Source of the DNA: Patescibacteria group bacterium
GTDB taxonomy: Bacteria > Patescibacteriota > Microgenomatia > JAMCYU01
Length of the DNA: 64,000 nt
Reading direction: 5' to 3'
Assembly (NCBI GenBank): GCA_023473585.1
Contig: JAMCYU010000005.1
Location: 762 to 64,761 of the forward strand
The notes below the pieces were generated by a model, which did not search any database, was not told the origin of the DNA, and saw nothing but the letters and a program-made list of their open reading frames with translations. Of this stretch, positions 37,151 to 48,029 are shown one piece after another (the first letter of the stretch is position 1; each line of letters opens with the position of its first letter). The translations under genes were made by a program, and so were the position numbers.

Positions 37151-38440
37151 CTACTCCTTTAAGAAGCCGTCATAGCTTCTCATGACTAACATGGATTCAA
37201 GTTGTTTGGTTGTCTCTAAAATAACGGAAACAACAATCAAAATTCCCGTACCACCCAACATCAGTGTCGTAATCCCGGTCGTACCTCTGGCCAAAGATGG
37301 TAAAACGGCAATTAGACCAAGAAAAATCGCTCCGGCCAGGGTAATCCTGGTTAAAATATAGTTTAAGTAATTGGCCGTTGGAGTGCCTGGTCTAATCCCG
37401 GGGATAAAACCACCGTATTTTTGAATCTCCGAGGCAATTTTTTGCGGATTAAAAGTTACCGCCGTATAAAAATACGTAAAACCGATAACCAGGATAAAGT
37501 AAGTCAGATTATAAACGAGACCCGAAGGATCAAACAGATTGGCGACGGTTCTGGCTATCGTTGACACCGTTTGATTTGGTGTCTGTTCTAAAAAACTGGC
37601 AAACATGGAAGGCAAAAGAATTAAAGAAATGGCAAAAATAATGGGAATAACTCCGGCCTGATTAACCCGTAAAGGCAAATGAGTTGAACCGCCACCATAC
37701 ATTTTACCACCTCTAATCCTTTTGGCATAAGCCACGGAAATTTGTCTTGTCCCCTCATTAACGACAACAATTCCGGCAATAACCACCACGGCCATTAAGG
37801 AAAAAACAATGATATTGGTTATGTTTTCTGCCGAAGTTACCGAAACTGTTTGCCCTAAAGCAATGGGAAGTCTTCCTACAATCCCGGCAAAAATCAACAT
37901 AGAAATCCCGTTACCGATCCCATTTTCCGAAATAAGTTCTCCCAACCACATTAAAAGGATCGTCCCGGCAATCATGGTTGTGATTAGTCCTATTAAAAGC
38001 TGTGGTGACAAATTGCCGATAATTTTTTGATTGCGCAATAAAGCGTACATCCCGATCGCCTGAAGTAAAGCCAAAGGAACGGTTAAAAAGCGGGAATACT
38101 GATTGATTTTTTGTCTGCCGTATTCTCCTTCCTTGGCTAATTCTTCTAGTTTGGGAAAGACAATCTGTAAAAGTTGTAAAATAATCGTCGCGTTGATATA
38201 GGGATTAAGTCCTAGGGCCATAACGGAAAAATTAGCCAATGTTCCTCCTGAAAAAATATCCAAAAGCCCTAAAAGCTGATTTTGCGTAAAAAGTCTGCGT
38301 AAGGCCACCAGATCAACTCCGGGAATAGGAACATGAGCGAAAATTCTAAAAACAACGAAAATGGCTACGGTGAAAAGAATTTTTCTTCGTAAATCGGGAA
38401 TTTTAAAAGCATTAATAATCGGCCCTAAGATTTTATTCAT
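37151..38440 (-). CDS. secY: protein translocase subunit SecY
   Basis: 429 aa, 10 TM. Confidence 0.95.
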   Translation of the reverse strand: MNKILGPIINAFKIPDLRRKILFTVAIFVVFRIFAHVPIPGVDLVALRRLFTQNQLLGLLDIFSGGTLANFSVMALGLNPYINATIILQLLQIVFPKLEELAKEGEYGRQKINQYSRFLTVPLALLQAIGMYALLRNQKIIGNLSPQLLIGLITTMIAGTILLMWLGELISENGIGNGISMLIFAGIVGRLPIALGQTVSVTSAENITNIIVFSLMAVVVIAGIVVVNEGTRQISVAYAKRIRGGKMYGGGSTHLPLRVNQAGVIPIIFAISLILLPSMFASFLEQTPNQTVSTIARTVANLFDPSGLVYNLTYFILVIGFTYFYTAVTFNPQKIASEIQKYGGFIPGIRPGTPTANYLNYILTRITLAGAIFLGLIAVLPSLARGTTGITTLMLGGTGILIVVSVILETTKQLESMLVMRSYDGFLKE

Positions 38441-38877
38441 GCTTCAATTTTACCTCCGGCTTTAAGAATCTTTTCTTTGGCGCCCCCGGAACAGGGAAGT
38501 TTAACAATTAAAGGAATTTTTACTTCTCCGTCGCCTAGAATTTTAACCCCGAAGGCCTTGGCCTCCTCTTTTTTGAGAATATTCGCTTTAATCAAGGCTT
38601 CCAAATCAACGACGCTTCCTTTAGTCAAAAGATTTAAATATTTAACATTAATAATAATGGGGTCAATCTTCAGCGACTTATTTCTGCTCTTACCTCTTTT
38701 TAACGGCAATCTTTTAATTAAGGGTAATTGACCGCCCTCAAAACCCATTTTTATTTTACCTCTGGCTTTTTGCCCCTTAGTCCCGCGCCCGGCGGTTTTA
38801 CCTCGTCCAGAACCATGACCACGACCAAGTCTTTTTTTTGATCTGGCGGTTATTTTAGGTAAATCATTCAGTTTCAT
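38437..38877 (-). CDS. rplO: 50S ribosomal protein L15
   Basis: 146 aa. No L30 gene lies between rpsE and rplO. Confidence 0.9.
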   Translation of the reverse strand: MKLNDLPKITARSKKRLGRGHGSGRGKTAGRGTKGQKARGKIKMGFEGGQLPLIKRLPLKRGKSRNKSLKIDPIIINVKYLNLLTKGSVVDLEALIKANILKKEEAKAFGVKILGDGEVKIPLIVKLPCSGGAKEKILKAGGKIEA

Positions 38878-39310
38878 TAATCCTCCTTAGTTTTTTTAAA
38901 GCCTCAAGGGTCGCGTAAACGTTAGAGGCTTGATTATCACTGCCTAAAACTTTAGAAACGATGTCTTTAATCCCCGCCGCTTCAACGACAACCCGAACGG
39001 CTCCGCCGGCAATAACCCCTGTGCCGGCTGGAGCTGGTTTCAGCAAAACCAAAGCGGCACCTCTTTTAATTCTGATTTCATGAGGAATTGTCGTTCCTCT
39101 TAAAGGCACGGTAATTAAATGTTTTTTCCCGTAAGCCACGCCTTTTTGAACGGCATTGGAAACTTCGGGTGCTTTACCCAGGCCAACGCCAACCCGACCC
39201 TTTTTATCGCCAACGACCACAATCACGGAAAAGCCGATTTTATTTCCGCCCTTCGTCTTTTTGGAAACGCGATTAACCTGAACCACTTTTTCCTCAAATT
39301 CCTGTTCCAT
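38864..39310 (-). CDS. rpsE: 30S ribosomal protein S5
   Basis: 148 aa. Confidence 0.9.
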   Translation of the reverse strand: MEQEFEEKVVQVNRVSKKTKGGNKIGFSVIVVVGDKKGRVGVGLGKAPEVSNAVQKGVAYGKKHLITVPLRGTTIPHEIRIKRGAALVLLKPAPAGTGVIAGGAVRVVVEAAGIKDIVSKVLGSDNQASNVYATLEALKKLRRINETE

Positions 39311-39357
39311 ATTTTGATTAGAGGTAGACCAATTATTGCTCTTGACTCCTTTATAGT

Positions 39358-39642
39358 TTAGAATTTTAGACCTCCTTCTCTTGCTCCTTCAGCTAAGGCT
39401 TTAACACGACCATGATATTTGCATTTTCCCCGATCAAAAAAAACTTCACTGGCTTTTTTAGCAAAAGCTTTTTTAGCTAAAATTTTGCCTAATTCTTTCG
39501 CTTTTGCCGTTTTTGTCCCTTTAAAGTCTTCCTTAAGATCATGGCCACTTACGGCCGCTAAGGTTTTCCCCGCCTGATCGTCAATAACTTGGGCGTAGAT
39601 ATATTTATTTGAGCGAAAAACTGAGAGTCTTAGTCTTTTCAT
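39358..39642 (-). CDS. rplR: 50S ribosomal protein L18
   Basis: 94 aa. Confidence 0.85.
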   Translation of the reverse strand: MKRLRLSVFRSNKYIYAQVIDDQAGKTLAAVSGHDLKEDFKGTKTAKAKELGKILAKKAFAKKASEVFFDRGKCKYHGRVKALAEGAREGGLKF

Positions 39643-39645
39643 TTT

Positions 39646-40215
39646 TTATTTACCTCCGCTACCACCGGCAGCCCCTAGAGTCTTGGCGACTTTACCCAAT
39701 TTTCTTCTGATTTTCTCTTCCTGGTATTTAATGCCCTTGCCTTTGTAGGGTTCGGGCGGACGAATCCGGCGAATTTTAACGGCCACCTCGCCCACGAGCT
39801 GTTTATCGGCTCCCGAAACTTGAATTTTATTTTCCGAAACGCTGAAAGAAATACCCGTCGGCGCTTGAACTTTAACCGGATGCGAAAAACCCACCGTGAG
39901 AACGAGGGTGTCGCCTTCAACCGAAGCTCGGTAACCCACCCCAACTAATTCTAAGGTTTTTGTCCAACCTTGAGAAACACCCAAAACAGCGTTGGCAATT
40001 AAAGTTCTGGTTAAACCCCAAAGATTGGCCTGGTTCTTGTCTGTTTTACAAATAACCTGTCCGTTGTTAATGGTAACCTCAACTAAAGATGGCAGGAAAA
40101 GCTTGACTTCTCCTTTGGGACCGGAAACCATTAATTTCTCTCCCTCTTTTTTAAGGTTAACATCCGAAGGTATCGTGATGGGTAACTTGCCTATTCTTGA
40201 CATATTTTTTACCAA
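39646..40215 (-). CDS. rplF: 50S ribosomal protein L6
   Basis: 189 aa. Confidence 0.9.
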   Translation of the reverse strand: MVKNMSRIGKLPITIPSDVNLKKEGEKLMVSGPKGEVKLFLPSLVEVTINNGQVICKTDKNQANLWGLTRTLIANAVLGVSQGWTKTLELVGVGYRASVEGDTLVLTVGFSHPVKVQAPTGISFSVSENKIQVSGADKQLVGEVAVKIRRIRPPEPYKGKGIKYQEEKIRRKLGKVAKTLGAAGGSGGK

Positions 40216-40607
40216 ATTTTACAAATCGCTTCTCCGCCTAAATTCTTGGTCTTAGCTTCTTGACCGGTCATCAAACCTTCGGGTGTAGACATAACGACAA
40301 TCCCTAAACCACCCAAAACTTTAGGAATTTTGGTTTTTCCCAAATAAACTCTTAAACCCGGTTTGCTGACTCTTTGGATATCGGTTAAAACCGGCTTCTT
40401 GCCTTCATATTTTAACGTCAAAATAAGATTTTCCACAAATTGATTCTTTATTTTTTCGGTTTTGACGTTTTCTAAAAATCCTTCCTTGACTAAAACCTTG
40501 GCCAAATTTTCTTTAAATTTTGAAGCCGGAACTTTGACTTCGGCTTTTTTAGCCAGATAACCGTTTTTGATGCTGGAAATAAAATTAGCAATTGGATCAA
40601 TTGACAT
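40209..40607 (-). CDS. rpsH: 30S ribosomal protein S8
   Basis: 132 aa. Confidence 0.9.
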   Translation of the reverse strand: MSIDPIANFISSIKNGYLAKKAEVKVPASKFKENLAKVLVKEGFLENVKTEKIKNQFVENLILTLKYEGKKPVLTDIQRVSKPGLRVYLGKTKIPKVLGGLGIVVMSTPEGLMTGQEAKTKNLGGEAICKIW

Positions 40608-40613
40608 ATTTTT

Positions 40614-40799
40614 TTACCAGGAAGCTTTAGTCACTCCCGGTAGTTCTCCTTTATTAGCTAGTTCCCGAAAACATAATCGGCAAAGACCAAATTTCCGCAT
40701 GTAAGCTCTCGATCGGCCACAAAGCTGACAACGGTGATGATCTCTAACCGAATATTTTTGCGGTTTTTTAAATTTAACAATATTGGAAACCTTAGCCAT
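40614..40799 (-). CDS. rpsZ: 30S ribosomal protein S14 type Z (zinc-binding)
   Basis: 61 aa with two CxxC pairs. Confidence 0.9.
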   Translation of the reverse strand: MAKVSNIVKFKKPQKYSVRDHHRCQLCGRSRAYMRKFGLCRLCFRELANKGELPGVTKASW

Positions 40800-40844
40800 T
40801 CTTTGACTCCTTTCGCTCTCTTAGCGATAAATTTCTTGCTCTCA

Positions 40845-41345
40845 TTACGGTTTACCCTGAGGTCGCGCCGACTGGCGACCGAAGGGCATTCCAAATTCTT
40901 CTAAAAGACTTTTTGCTTCTTTGTTATCTTTAGCGGTTGTCACCAAGGTTAACTCTAAACCTCTAATTTTATCAATTTTGGCATAATCGATTTCGGGAAA
41001 AATGATGATTTCGTTAATTCCCAACGTATAGTTACCCTTGCCGTCAAAACCGGACTCGGGAATACCCTTAAAATCTCTGACCCTGGGTAAAACAATCGCC
41101 ACTAATTTTTGTAAGAAATCATTCATCCTTTTGCTTCTTAAGGTAACTTTCAAACCGATCGGTTCGCCTTTTCTTAATTTAAAAGCCGCAATGGCCTTTC
41201 GGGCATAAGTCGTCATCGGTTTCTGACCAGTAATTTGCTTGAGTTGTTCACTCATCGAATCTAAAGCCTTTTTATCCACCATGGCTTCTTTTAAACCGAC
41301 ATTAAGAATGATTTTTTTAAGTTTTGGTTTAGCCAACGGATTCAT
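40845..41345 (-). CDS. rplE: 50S ribosomal protein L5
   Basis: 166 aa. Confidence 0.9.
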   Translation of the reverse strand: MNPLAKPKLKKIILNVGLKEAMVDKKALDSMSEQLKQITGQKPMTTYARKAIAAFKLRKGEPIGLKVTLRSKRMNDFLQKLVAIVLPRVRDFKGIPESGFDGKGNYTLGINEIIIFPEIDYAKIDKIRGLELTLVTTAKDNKEAKSLLEEFGMPFGRQSARPQGKP

Positions 41346-41671
41346 TATCTAATCACTCCTTTGCACTTTCGACAGATTCTTAATTTGGAAAGATTTTCTT
41401 TCTTATTGCCCTCTTCAATTTGATAACCAACGCGGGTAGGCTTACCGCAACGCAAACAGATAAGGGCAATTTTCGCCGTATCCAAAGGTTTGGTAATATC
41501 AATAATTCCGCCCGGTTTCCCTTGTCCCTGTGGTTTCAAATGTTTTTTATAAAGATTAATTCCGGTCACCAAAACCTTTTGACTTTTGGGAAAAACTTTT
41601 TCAATTTTTCCTTTTTTGCCCTTATCTTTACCTATGGTTACGATGATTTCATCACCCTTTTTAAATTTCAT
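41345..41671 (-). CDS. rplX: 50S ribosomal protein L24
   Basis: 108 aa, KOW motif. Confidence 0.9.
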   Translation of the reverse strand: MKFKKGDEIIVTIGKDKGKKGKIEKVFPKSQKVLVTGINLYKKHLKPQGQGKPGGIIDITKPLDTAKIALICLRCGKPTRVGYQIEEGNKKENLSKLRICRKCKGVIR

Positions 41672-41673
41672 TT

Positions 41674-42045
41674 TTAATAAACCTCCAAAGCCATGGAAAT
41701 TATTTTGTTAAAACCCAATTCTTTAAGTTCACGAGCAATCGGGCCAAAAATTCTTGTTCCTCTCGGATTTTTATCCTGAGGATTGTCAATAATCACGGCC
41801 GCATTGTCATCAAATCTGATATAAGAACCATCTTCTCTCCCGACTTCTTTTTTCGTCCTGACCACGACAGCCTTAACCAACTCGCTGTCCTTAACGACAC
41901 CGGTTGGAGACGCCCCCCTGACAACACAGGTAATAATTGAACCGATGGTGGCAATTTTTTTATTGCCACCAAAAACATGAATTAAAATTAAGCTTTCCGC
42001 ACCGGTATTGTCGGCTGGTTTCAAAACTGTCCGTAATTGGATCAT
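41674..42045 (-). CDS. rplN: 50S ribosomal protein L14
   Basis: 123 aa. Confidence 0.9.
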   Translation of the reverse strand: MIQLRTVLKPADNTGAESLILIHVFGGNKKIATIGSIITCVVRGASPTGVVKDSELVKAVVVRTKKEVGREDGSYIRFDDNAAVIIDNPQDKNPRGTRIFGPIARELKELGFNKIISMALEVY

Positions 42046-42278
42046 CTTATAACCTCCAGGATTTTGAAATGTTTTCTTTTAGAAAGCGGTCGTGTCTCGC
42101 CGATTCTCACGATATTACCGACAACCACCTCTTTGTCATCAAGGTGAGCCAGGATTTTTTTGTTTTTCTTGACCAGTTTTTTATATAAAGGGTGCGGTCT
42201 TAAGAATTCCGTTTCGACCGTGACTGTTTTTTTGGATTTATCTGCCCTTATGACCTTACCGGTTAAAATTTTCGTCAT
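42042..42278 (-). CDS. rpsQ: 30S ribosomal protein S17
   Basis: 78 aa. Confidence 0.9.
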   Translation of the reverse strand: MTKILTGKVIRADKSKKTVTVETEFLRPHPLYKKLVKKNKKILAHLDDKEVVVGNIVRIGETRPLSKRKHFKILEVIR

Positions 42279-42487
42279 GCTTTTTCTCCTTGATCATTTT
42301 TTTCCGCAATTAAAGTCTCTGTTTGGGCCTTTTCCCTTCTTAAGTTTTTTAAACTTCTGGTATTTTTTAATTTACCGGTTAAAATTTCCAATTTTGTCTT
42401 TAACAACCTTTCCTTGATTTCCATCAAGTCTTTAGATAATTCTGATAAATTTTTTTGCCTGGCTTCTTTTAATTTATTTCTTTTCAT
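42275..42487 (-). CDS. rpmC: 50S ribosomal protein L29
   Basis: 70 aa. Confidence 0.85.
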   Translation of the reverse strand: MKRNKLKEARQKNLSELSKDLMEIKERLLKTKLEILTGKLKNTRSLKNLRREKAQTETLIAEKNDQGEKA

Positions 42488-42881
42488 AAAATTCTGTTTT
42501 TAACGGCAACTTGGCCGCTGCCATTCTCATGGCTTCCTTAGCAACTTCGTGAGTTACTCCGGCCATTTCAAATAAAACTCTTCCGGGTCTGACAACGGCA
42601 ACGTAATCGGCGACATCTCCTTTGCCGCTTCCCATTCTGGTTTCGGCTGGTTTTTTAGTAATCGGCTTATCAGGAAAAACCCTAATCCAAATCCGGCCTC
42701 CTTTTTGGGTAAAATGCGTTAAGGCTCGTCTGGCGGCCTCAATTTGGCGGCTGGTTAACCAACCGGCGGCCTTGCTTTTGATCCCATAATCGCCAAAATC
42801 GATTTGATTACACCGCATCGACATCCCCCTCCTTTTGCCCCTGAATTGTTTGCGAAATTTAGCTCTTTTAGGTACTAACAT
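42474..42881 (-). CDS. rplP: 50S ribosomal protein L16
   Basis: 135 aa. Confidence 0.9.
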   Translation of the reverse strand: MLVPKRAKFRKQFRGKRRGMSMRCNQIDFGDYGIKSKAAGWLTSRQIEAARRALTHFTQKGGRIWIRVFPDKPITKKPAETRMGSGKGDVADYVAVVRPGRVLFEMAGVTHEVAKEAMRMAAAKLPLKTEFYEKK

Positions 42882-42884
42882 AAA

Positions 42885-43547
42885 TTATTTTAAACTATTT
42901 TTACAAATCCAGACCTTAACGCCGATATAACCCGAACGGGTTAAGGATGGATAGCTTGCAAAATCAATATTCTCTCTTAAAGTTGATAAGGGCATCATCC
43001 CGGTTTTATAAGTCTCTCTTCGAGAGATGTCCGCCCCGCCGATTCTTCCGGAAAGAACAATTTTAATTCCCTTGGCTCCAGCCGACATCACTTTATCCAT
43101 GGTCACGTTAGCAACCCTTCTTTGCGGCAATCTTTTGGCTAATTGCTCAGCAATGTTTTGCGCCACTAAATAAGCATCTAAATTTGCTTCCTTAATTGGC
43201 TCAACCTTAATTTCTAATTTTAATTTTGATGGTGATTTTTGATCTTCTTTATTCGTTGGGACAAGCAAGTTGCCAAGAAATTTTTTGACTTCTTCTAAAC
43301 CAGCCCCGCCTCGGCCGATAACCACACCGGGGCGAGAAACATGTAGGGTAATATCAATTTTATTAATTGATCTTTCAATCTCTATTTGGGAAATTCCCGC
43401 CGTTCTAAGTTTGGTAACTAAAGCTTTACGGATTTTTACATCCTGTAAAATTAAGTCTTTATATTGTTTGTCGTCAGCAAACCAACGGGAACTCCAGGTA
43501 AACAAATTTCCCAATCTGAAGACTTTAGGATTTATCTTTTGTCCCAC
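42885..43547 (-). CDS. rpsC: 30S ribosomal protein S3
   Basis: 220 aa, KH domain. Confidence 0.9.
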   Translation of the reverse strand: MGQKINPKVFRLGNLFTWSSRWFADDKQYKDLILQDVKIRKALVTKLRTAGISQIEIERSINKIDITLHVSRPGVVIGRGGAGLEEVKKFLGNLLVPTNKEDQKSPSKLKLEIKVEPIKEANLDAYLVAQNIAEQLAKRLPQRRVANVTMDKVMSAGAKGIKIVLSGRIGGADISRRETYKTGMMPLSTLRENIDFASYPSLTRSGYIGVKVWICKNSLK

Positions 43548-43905
43548 TTTTTTCTCCTTTCGTCAAGACTTCTTGATCCTCCAAAACGATCTTGATGTGG
43601 CTGGTCCGTCTTTTGTATTGATGAGCCGTACCTCGGGAAACGGCCCGGAAACGTTTTAAAAATGGGCCACCGGTCACTTCAATCGTTTTAATCGTTAATT
43701 TATTTTTATCTAGCTTAAGATTATTTTCCGCATTGGCGATCGCTGATTTTAAAGTTAAAAATAAAGGTAAACTGGCTGATTTATTCATCAATTTTAAATG
43801 CTGCAGGGCTATTTCCGGTTTCAAAGCCACAATCGCGTCAGCCACCAAACGAATTTTTTTAGGTGACAAATGAACGTATTTTGATAAAGCGACAATTTCG
43901 GTCAT
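43525..43905 (-). CDS. rplV: 50S ribosomal protein L22
   Basis: 126 aa. Confidence 0.9.
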   Translation of the reverse strand: MTEIVALSKYVHLSPKKIRLVADAIVALKPEIALQHLKLMNKSASLPLFLTLKSAIANAENNLKLDKNKLTIKTIEVTGGPFLKRFRAVSRGTAHQYKRRTSHIKIVLEDQEVLTKGEKSGTKDKS

Positions 43906-43912
43906 AAATTTT

Positions 43913-44197
43913 TTAAGTTTTTGTTAAAGTTCTTTTCGTCACTTGCCCATGACCATGGAAAACGCGCGTGGACGAAAATTCACCCAAGCGGTGTCCGACC
44001 ATGGCTTCAGAAACAAAAACTTCTTTAAAGTCTCTCCCGTTATGAACCAAAAATTTATGCCCCACAAATTCTGGCGGGATTTGACTGGATCTGGCCCAGG
44101 TTTTGATGGACTCCTTTTGTCCCGTCTCTTTTTGAGCCATAACTTTTTTTACTAATTTTTCGTCAATATAGGGACCTTTTTTTGTTGATCTTGACAT
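43913..44197 (-). CDS. rpsS: 30S ribosomal protein S19
   Basis: 94 aa. Confidence 0.9.
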   Translation of the reverse strand: MSRSTKKGPYIDEKLVKKVMAQKETGQKESIKTWARSSQIPPEFVGHKFLVHNGRDFKEVFVSEAMVGHRLGEFSSTRVFHGHGQVTKRTLTKT

Positions 44198-44200
44198 AAA

Positions 44201-44941
44201 TTACCTCGCCGTATGAACGATATATTTATCGGAATATTTGCCTTTTTTTCTGGTTTTACCTACCGCTGGTCTTCCGGCAAAGGTTTTAGGCCCTGGCATA
44301 CCAATACCCGAACGACCTTCACCGCCACCATGCGGATGGGAATCAGGATTTTGGGCAACTCCCCGAACCGTCGGCCGAATTCCCCGCCAACGTTTGGCTC
44401 CGGCCTTCCCAAATTTTTTAAGTTTCCAATCTAAAAGACCGACCTGACCGATCGTGGCTAAACAATTTTTATTAATTCGCCTCACCTGTCCGGAAGGCAA
44501 TTTAATTTGCGCAAATTCATCTTCCTGAGCCAAAACCATAGCCGCTGTTCCGGCAGATCTGATAATTTGCGCTCCTTTACCGGGCACAAATTCAACGTTA
44601 TGAATTTGTGTTCCCATCGGAATTTTTGAAAGCGGAAGGGTATTACCAATCTTTAATTCTGCTTCCGGACCGGAAACTAAAATTTCCCCAATTTTTAAAC
44701 CGTCAGGCGCCAAAATATAGCGCCTTTCTCCATCATTATAACCCACCAGGGCAATATTAGCAGTCCGGTTGGGGTCATATTCAATCGCCAAAACTCTGGC
44801 CGGCATGCCAATTTTCTCTCTTTTAAAGTCAATCTGGCGTAAAAAGCGTTTTTGCCGACCACCAATATGCCTGACAGAAACTTGTCCGTGGCTACCCCGC
44901 CCGCCGCTTCTTTTAAGAATTTTGATTAAACTTTTCATCAT
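44201..44941 (-). CDS. rplB: 50S ribosomal protein L2
   Basis: 246 aa (short form). Confidence 0.9.
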   Translation of the reverse strand: MMKSLIKILKRSGGRGSHGQVSVRHIGGRQKRFLRQIDFKREKIGMPARVLAIEYDPNRTANIALVGYNDGERRYILAPDGLKIGEILVSGPEAELKIGNTLPLSKIPMGTQIHNVEFVPGKGAQIIRSAGTAAMVLAQEDEFAQIKLPSGQVRRINKNCLATIGQVGLLDWKLKKFGKAGAKRWRGIRPTVRGVAQNPDSHPHGGGEGRSGIGMPGPKTFAGRPAVGKTRKKGKYSDKYIVHTAR

Positions 44942-45282
44942 TTCTTAACCTCTTTTTTATCTTTAACTTCTGGTTTAGGCAAATCTTCAGTCCCCTGAAC
45001 CTCAAATAAATCAATTTTTTGATCGGTCGGCAGCCAAATAAAGGCTTTTTTCCAAGCACTGGTTTTTTGGGTCTTTAATTTTTTACCGACACGCCTTGTT
45101 TTACCCTTAACTCTGGCGGTTTTAACTTTTAAAACTTTCACCTTAAAAGCTTTCTCAACCGCTTGTTTGATCTCTGGTTTAGAAGCCTCTAAAACGACTT
45201 CAAAAGTATAGCAACTTTTGCCAGCTTGATTTAAGGATTTTTCTGAAATAATCGGTCTGATTATAATTTCTTCTCTATCCAT
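44938..45282 (-). CDS. rplW: 50S ribosomal protein L23
   Basis: 114 aa. Confidence 0.9.
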   Translation of the reverse strand: MDREEIIIRPIISEKSLNQAGKSCYTFEVVLEASKPEIKQAVEKAFKVKVLKVKTARVKGKTRRVGKKLKTQKTSAWKKAFIWLPTDQKIDLFEVQGTEDLPKPEVKDKKEVKK

Positions 45283-45992
45283 ATTTCCTCAATTTTAGAA
45301 ACCGCTTCTTTGGTTAAAATGACTTTATCGCAGGTCAAAACTAAATAGGCATTTAAAAGATCGGTCGGTAAAGTTTTTAAATTTTTAAGATTGCGGCTGG
45401 CGCGAAGAAGATTAGTTTGGGGCTGACTAACAAGAAGAATTTTTTGGTTAAGTTTACCGTTTTTAAATTCTAAGTTTAAGTTCTTAAGAGTTTTTGCCAG
45501 TTCCTTGGTTTTGGCTTCCAATTTTTCAAAACCCGCAATGATTAAAAGCTCACCTTTAGCAAATTTCGATGATAAGGCCGAAAAAAGGGCTTCTCTCTTC
45601 ATTTGTTTCGGCAATTTTAAAGAATAATCTCTTGGTTTAGGGCCAAAAACGATGCCGCCGCCGACATAAATCGGCGCCTTTAAAGAACCATGGCGAGCCC
45701 GACCGGTCCCTTTTTGCCGATAGATTTTCCTGGTCGAACCGGCAACTTCACCCCTGGTTTTTGTTGAGGCCGTCCCTTGCCTTTGGTTGGCTAAATAAAC
45801 TCTTACCGCCTGAGCTAAAAGTTTGTCATTAACTTTGGCGGCAAAAATCTCTTTTAATAAGTTTATTTTCCCGGTAACGCGGCCGTTCAGGTCAAAAACC
45901 GAAGCTTCCGGACCAATTTTCGACAAACCCAAAGCTTTTTCAGCTTTGGTCACGGTAACTTTTTTGACGGCTTTTTTGGTTTTGGTAATCAT
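45261..45992 (-). CDS. rplD: 50S ribosomal protein L4
   Basis: 243 aa. Confidence 0.9.
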   Translation of the reverse strand: MITKTKKAVKKVTVTKAEKALGLSKIGPEASVFDLNGRVTGKINLLKEIFAAKVNDKLLAQAVRVYLANQRQGTASTKTRGEVAGSTRKIYRQKGTGRARHGSLKAPIYVGGGIVFGPKPRDYSLKLPKQMKREALFSALSSKFAKGELLIIAGFEKLEAKTKELAKTLKNLNLEFKNGKLNQKILLVSQPQTNLLRASRNLKNLKTLPTDLLNAYLVLTCDKVILTKEAVSKIEEIWIEKKL

Positions 45993-46426
45993 AATTTTAC
46001 AATCGTGACTTTCCCTTTTTTGTTCCCCGGAATTAACCCTTTAATAGTTAAGATTTTTTGTTCATTATCAATGGCGACAATTTTTAAACCCCTGACGGTA
46101 ATTCTGTCTTTGCCCATTCGGCCGGCCATTCTTTTCCCCTTGTAAACTCTGCCCGGCGTAGTTGTTTGGCCGATGGACCCCGGTGCCCGTTCCCGATCGG
46201 ATTGTCCGTGCGTTCTCGGACCTCCGGCAAATCGCCATCTTTTAACGACACCGGCGAAGCCTTTTCCTTTCGAAAGACCGGTAACCTTGACCTTGTCACC
46301 GATTTGCAAAATTTCATCAAGTTTTTCTTGATTGTCAACCGCAATTAAGGTCACGGGAATTCTTTTCCCATCCTCGGTAAAATTTTGCGTTTGTGTTAAT
46401 TTTCTACCAATAATTTTTGTCGTCAT
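45989..46426 (-). CDS. rplC: 50S ribosomal protein L3 (short, 145 aa)
   Basis: L3 core (GKGFAGVVKRWRFAGGPRTHGQSDRERAPGSIG). First gene of this operon here because rpsJ is displaced. Confidence 0.9.
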   Translation of the reverse strand: MTTKIIGRKLTQTQNFTEDGKRIPVTLIAVDNQEKLDEILQIGDKVKVTGLSKGKGFAGVVKRWRFAGGPRTHGQSDRERAPGSIGQTTTPGRVYKGKRMAGRMGKDRITVRGLKIVAIDNEQKILTIKGLIPGNKKGKVTIVKL

Positions 46427-46443
46427 TTTCTTTAATATTTTTT

Positions 46444-46478
46444 AAAGCACCAAAAAAGGTGCCGACTGCACCTTTCGC
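46444..46478 (-). promoter_or_regulatory. leader element with alternative pairing (GGTGC / GCACC / GGTGC) and a terminator-like hairpin plus U-run, about 20 nt upstream of rplC: candidate attenuator
   Basis: Minus-strand read gcgAAAGGTGC-agtcg-GCACCTTTTTTGGTGCttt. The middle GCACC can pair with either flanking GGTGC. Confidence 0.4.
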
Positions 46479-46557
46479 TTTTAGAGAATCACCTGTGCCA
46501 GTCTGCAAATCTTAAATTCTGGTCGGTTTGATCACCTCCATATTAGATTTTGAGGAT

Positions 46558-46586
46558 ATTATAGAGGAAAAATCACGAAAATGCAA
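46558..46586 (-). promoter_or_regulatory. strong sigma70 promoter for the rplC operon: -35 TTGCAT, 17-nt spacer, -10 TATAAT
   Basis: Minus-strand read cTTGCATtttcgtgatttttcctcTATAATatcc. Gives a ~125-nt leader to rplC. Confidence 0.5.
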
Positions 46587-46589
46587 GAG

Positions 46590-48005
46590 TCAGTAAAGGC
46601 TATACCAAAGCTTGAAGATTCTTTTTAAGAGGCTGTTTATAAAGCTGTCTTCCTTTGCGGTTAAGCCGGGAACTTCAAAGACCTTTAGATTGTTTTTCGG
46701 CAAGCCCTCCCAGGAAAAACTAAAATCGCCGGCCAGAATCGGCCCTTCTAGGGTAAAATCCAAGGTCACTGTTTCTCCCGGTTTAATCAATTGACCGGAA
46801 GGCAAGACCAGGTCGCTCAAACGTAAGCCCGAAGCTTGGCTGGTAATAATTAACGGTTTTTCTCCCCAAATTGACTGACCGGTATTTTTTAAAATGACTT
46901 TCCCTTGAAAAAGAAAATTTGTCGTCAAAAAAGGCGGCAAGCCGATTCCGACTTGTTCCCACTTCTGTTCCTGCTCTGGTTCGCCTTGAGTTTTGGGAAG
47001 ATTTTTAATCTCTTCATATTGGGGATAAGGATTACCCAAAAGATTAAACCAGGAAAAATTGGCAAAAGGATAATAAGGGTAATTCAAAATAAACGGGGTT
47101 ATTGCTTTCACCTTTTCGTCAGGTAGCCAGACTTTTTCAAAGGCAAACTTTAAGTATTCGGCCGCTAATGGCGCTTCATAGAATTTATCATTTTTGAAAG
47201 AATTTTGATCATCAACAAGATGCGGCCAACCGGTTTCGGTAATAAAAACCGGTAAATTCTTCTCTAAACCAAGATAATCTTTTAAGACGGACAATTCCCA
47301 GTCATAGCCTTTAATTGAGGTGCGGCCGGTTTCCCAGGGTTTACCAACATAACCGTGATTGGGATAAGAATGGGAAACCCAACCGTCAAGATGGGAAAAA
47401 ATCCCCGGAAACTGCTCGTTGACTTCCTTTAAAAATCTTCTTTCTTCAATCGTGGTTAAACTGTCAGCCGCGGCCTGATCCAAACCGGCATTTAAAATTT
47501 GAAAATCGGGGTTTTTCTCTTTAAAAAAAGTGACGGCCCGCTCCAGGATCAAACCGTATTCTTCGGGGCTGGCTTGATTGCCCCATTCTTTATTATGGTT
47601 GGGTTCATTGAAAATGATGACATACCGGTCTTTAACCGGCCAATTAAGTTTGTCTAAAAAATCAACCCATTCTCCAAGACTTTCCTCGCTTGGTTTTTCC
47701 CAGATATCACCTTTTAAATGGGTGGCAATTCTCACTAATGGTATCAGGTGCTTTTCCCGGCAAGCATTAAAAAATTTCTGCCATTTATCCTCAACTCGAT
47801 CAGTCTCCTGAATGACCAAGGTGACATAGCCCCAATCGCCTCCCGAGGAATTAACTAATTCCGAAGCTTTTGCCAGATCTTCGAATTGTGTGATATGAAT
47901 ACCGACTTTATTATTTGGTGAAGCCAAAGCAGGCGCGGTGAAGAAAAAAAAGAAAAAAAGGGAAAGAAAAGAAACAACACGTTTCATCGTTTTCAATTTT
48001 ATCAC
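46590..48005 (-). CDS. secreted clan GH-A (TIM-barrel) glycoside hydrolase with C-terminal beta-sandwich domain
   Basis: 471 aa. Signal peptide, NEP acid/base motif (IIFNEPNH) and nucleophile motif ITETGW, as in GH5-like retaining glycosidases. Confidence 0.55.
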   Translation of the reverse strand: MIKLKTMKRVVSFLSLFFFFFFTAPALASPNNKVGIHITQFEDLAKASELVNSSGGDWGYVTLVIQETDRVEDKWQKFFNACREKHLIPLVRIATHLKGDIWEKPSEESLGEWVDFLDKLNWPVKDRYVIIFNEPNHNKEWGNQASPEEYGLILERAVTFFKEKNPDFQILNAGLDQAAADSLTTIEERRFLKEVNEQFPGIFSHLDGWVSHSYPNHGYVGKPWETGRTSIKGYDWELSVLKDYLGLEKNLPVFITETGWPHLVDDQNSFKNDKFYEAPLAAEYLKFAFEKVWLPDEKVKAITPFILNYPYYPFANFSWFNLLGNPYPQYEEIKNLPKTQGEPEQEQKWEQVGIGLPPFLTTNFLFQGKVILKNTGQSIWGEKPLIITSQASGLRLSDLVLPSGQLIKPGETVTLDFTLEGPILAGDFSFSWEGLPKNNLKVFEVPGLTAKEDSFINSLLKRIFKLWYSLY

Positions 48006-48029
48006 TTTTAAAGCCGGCTTTGTCCAAAT

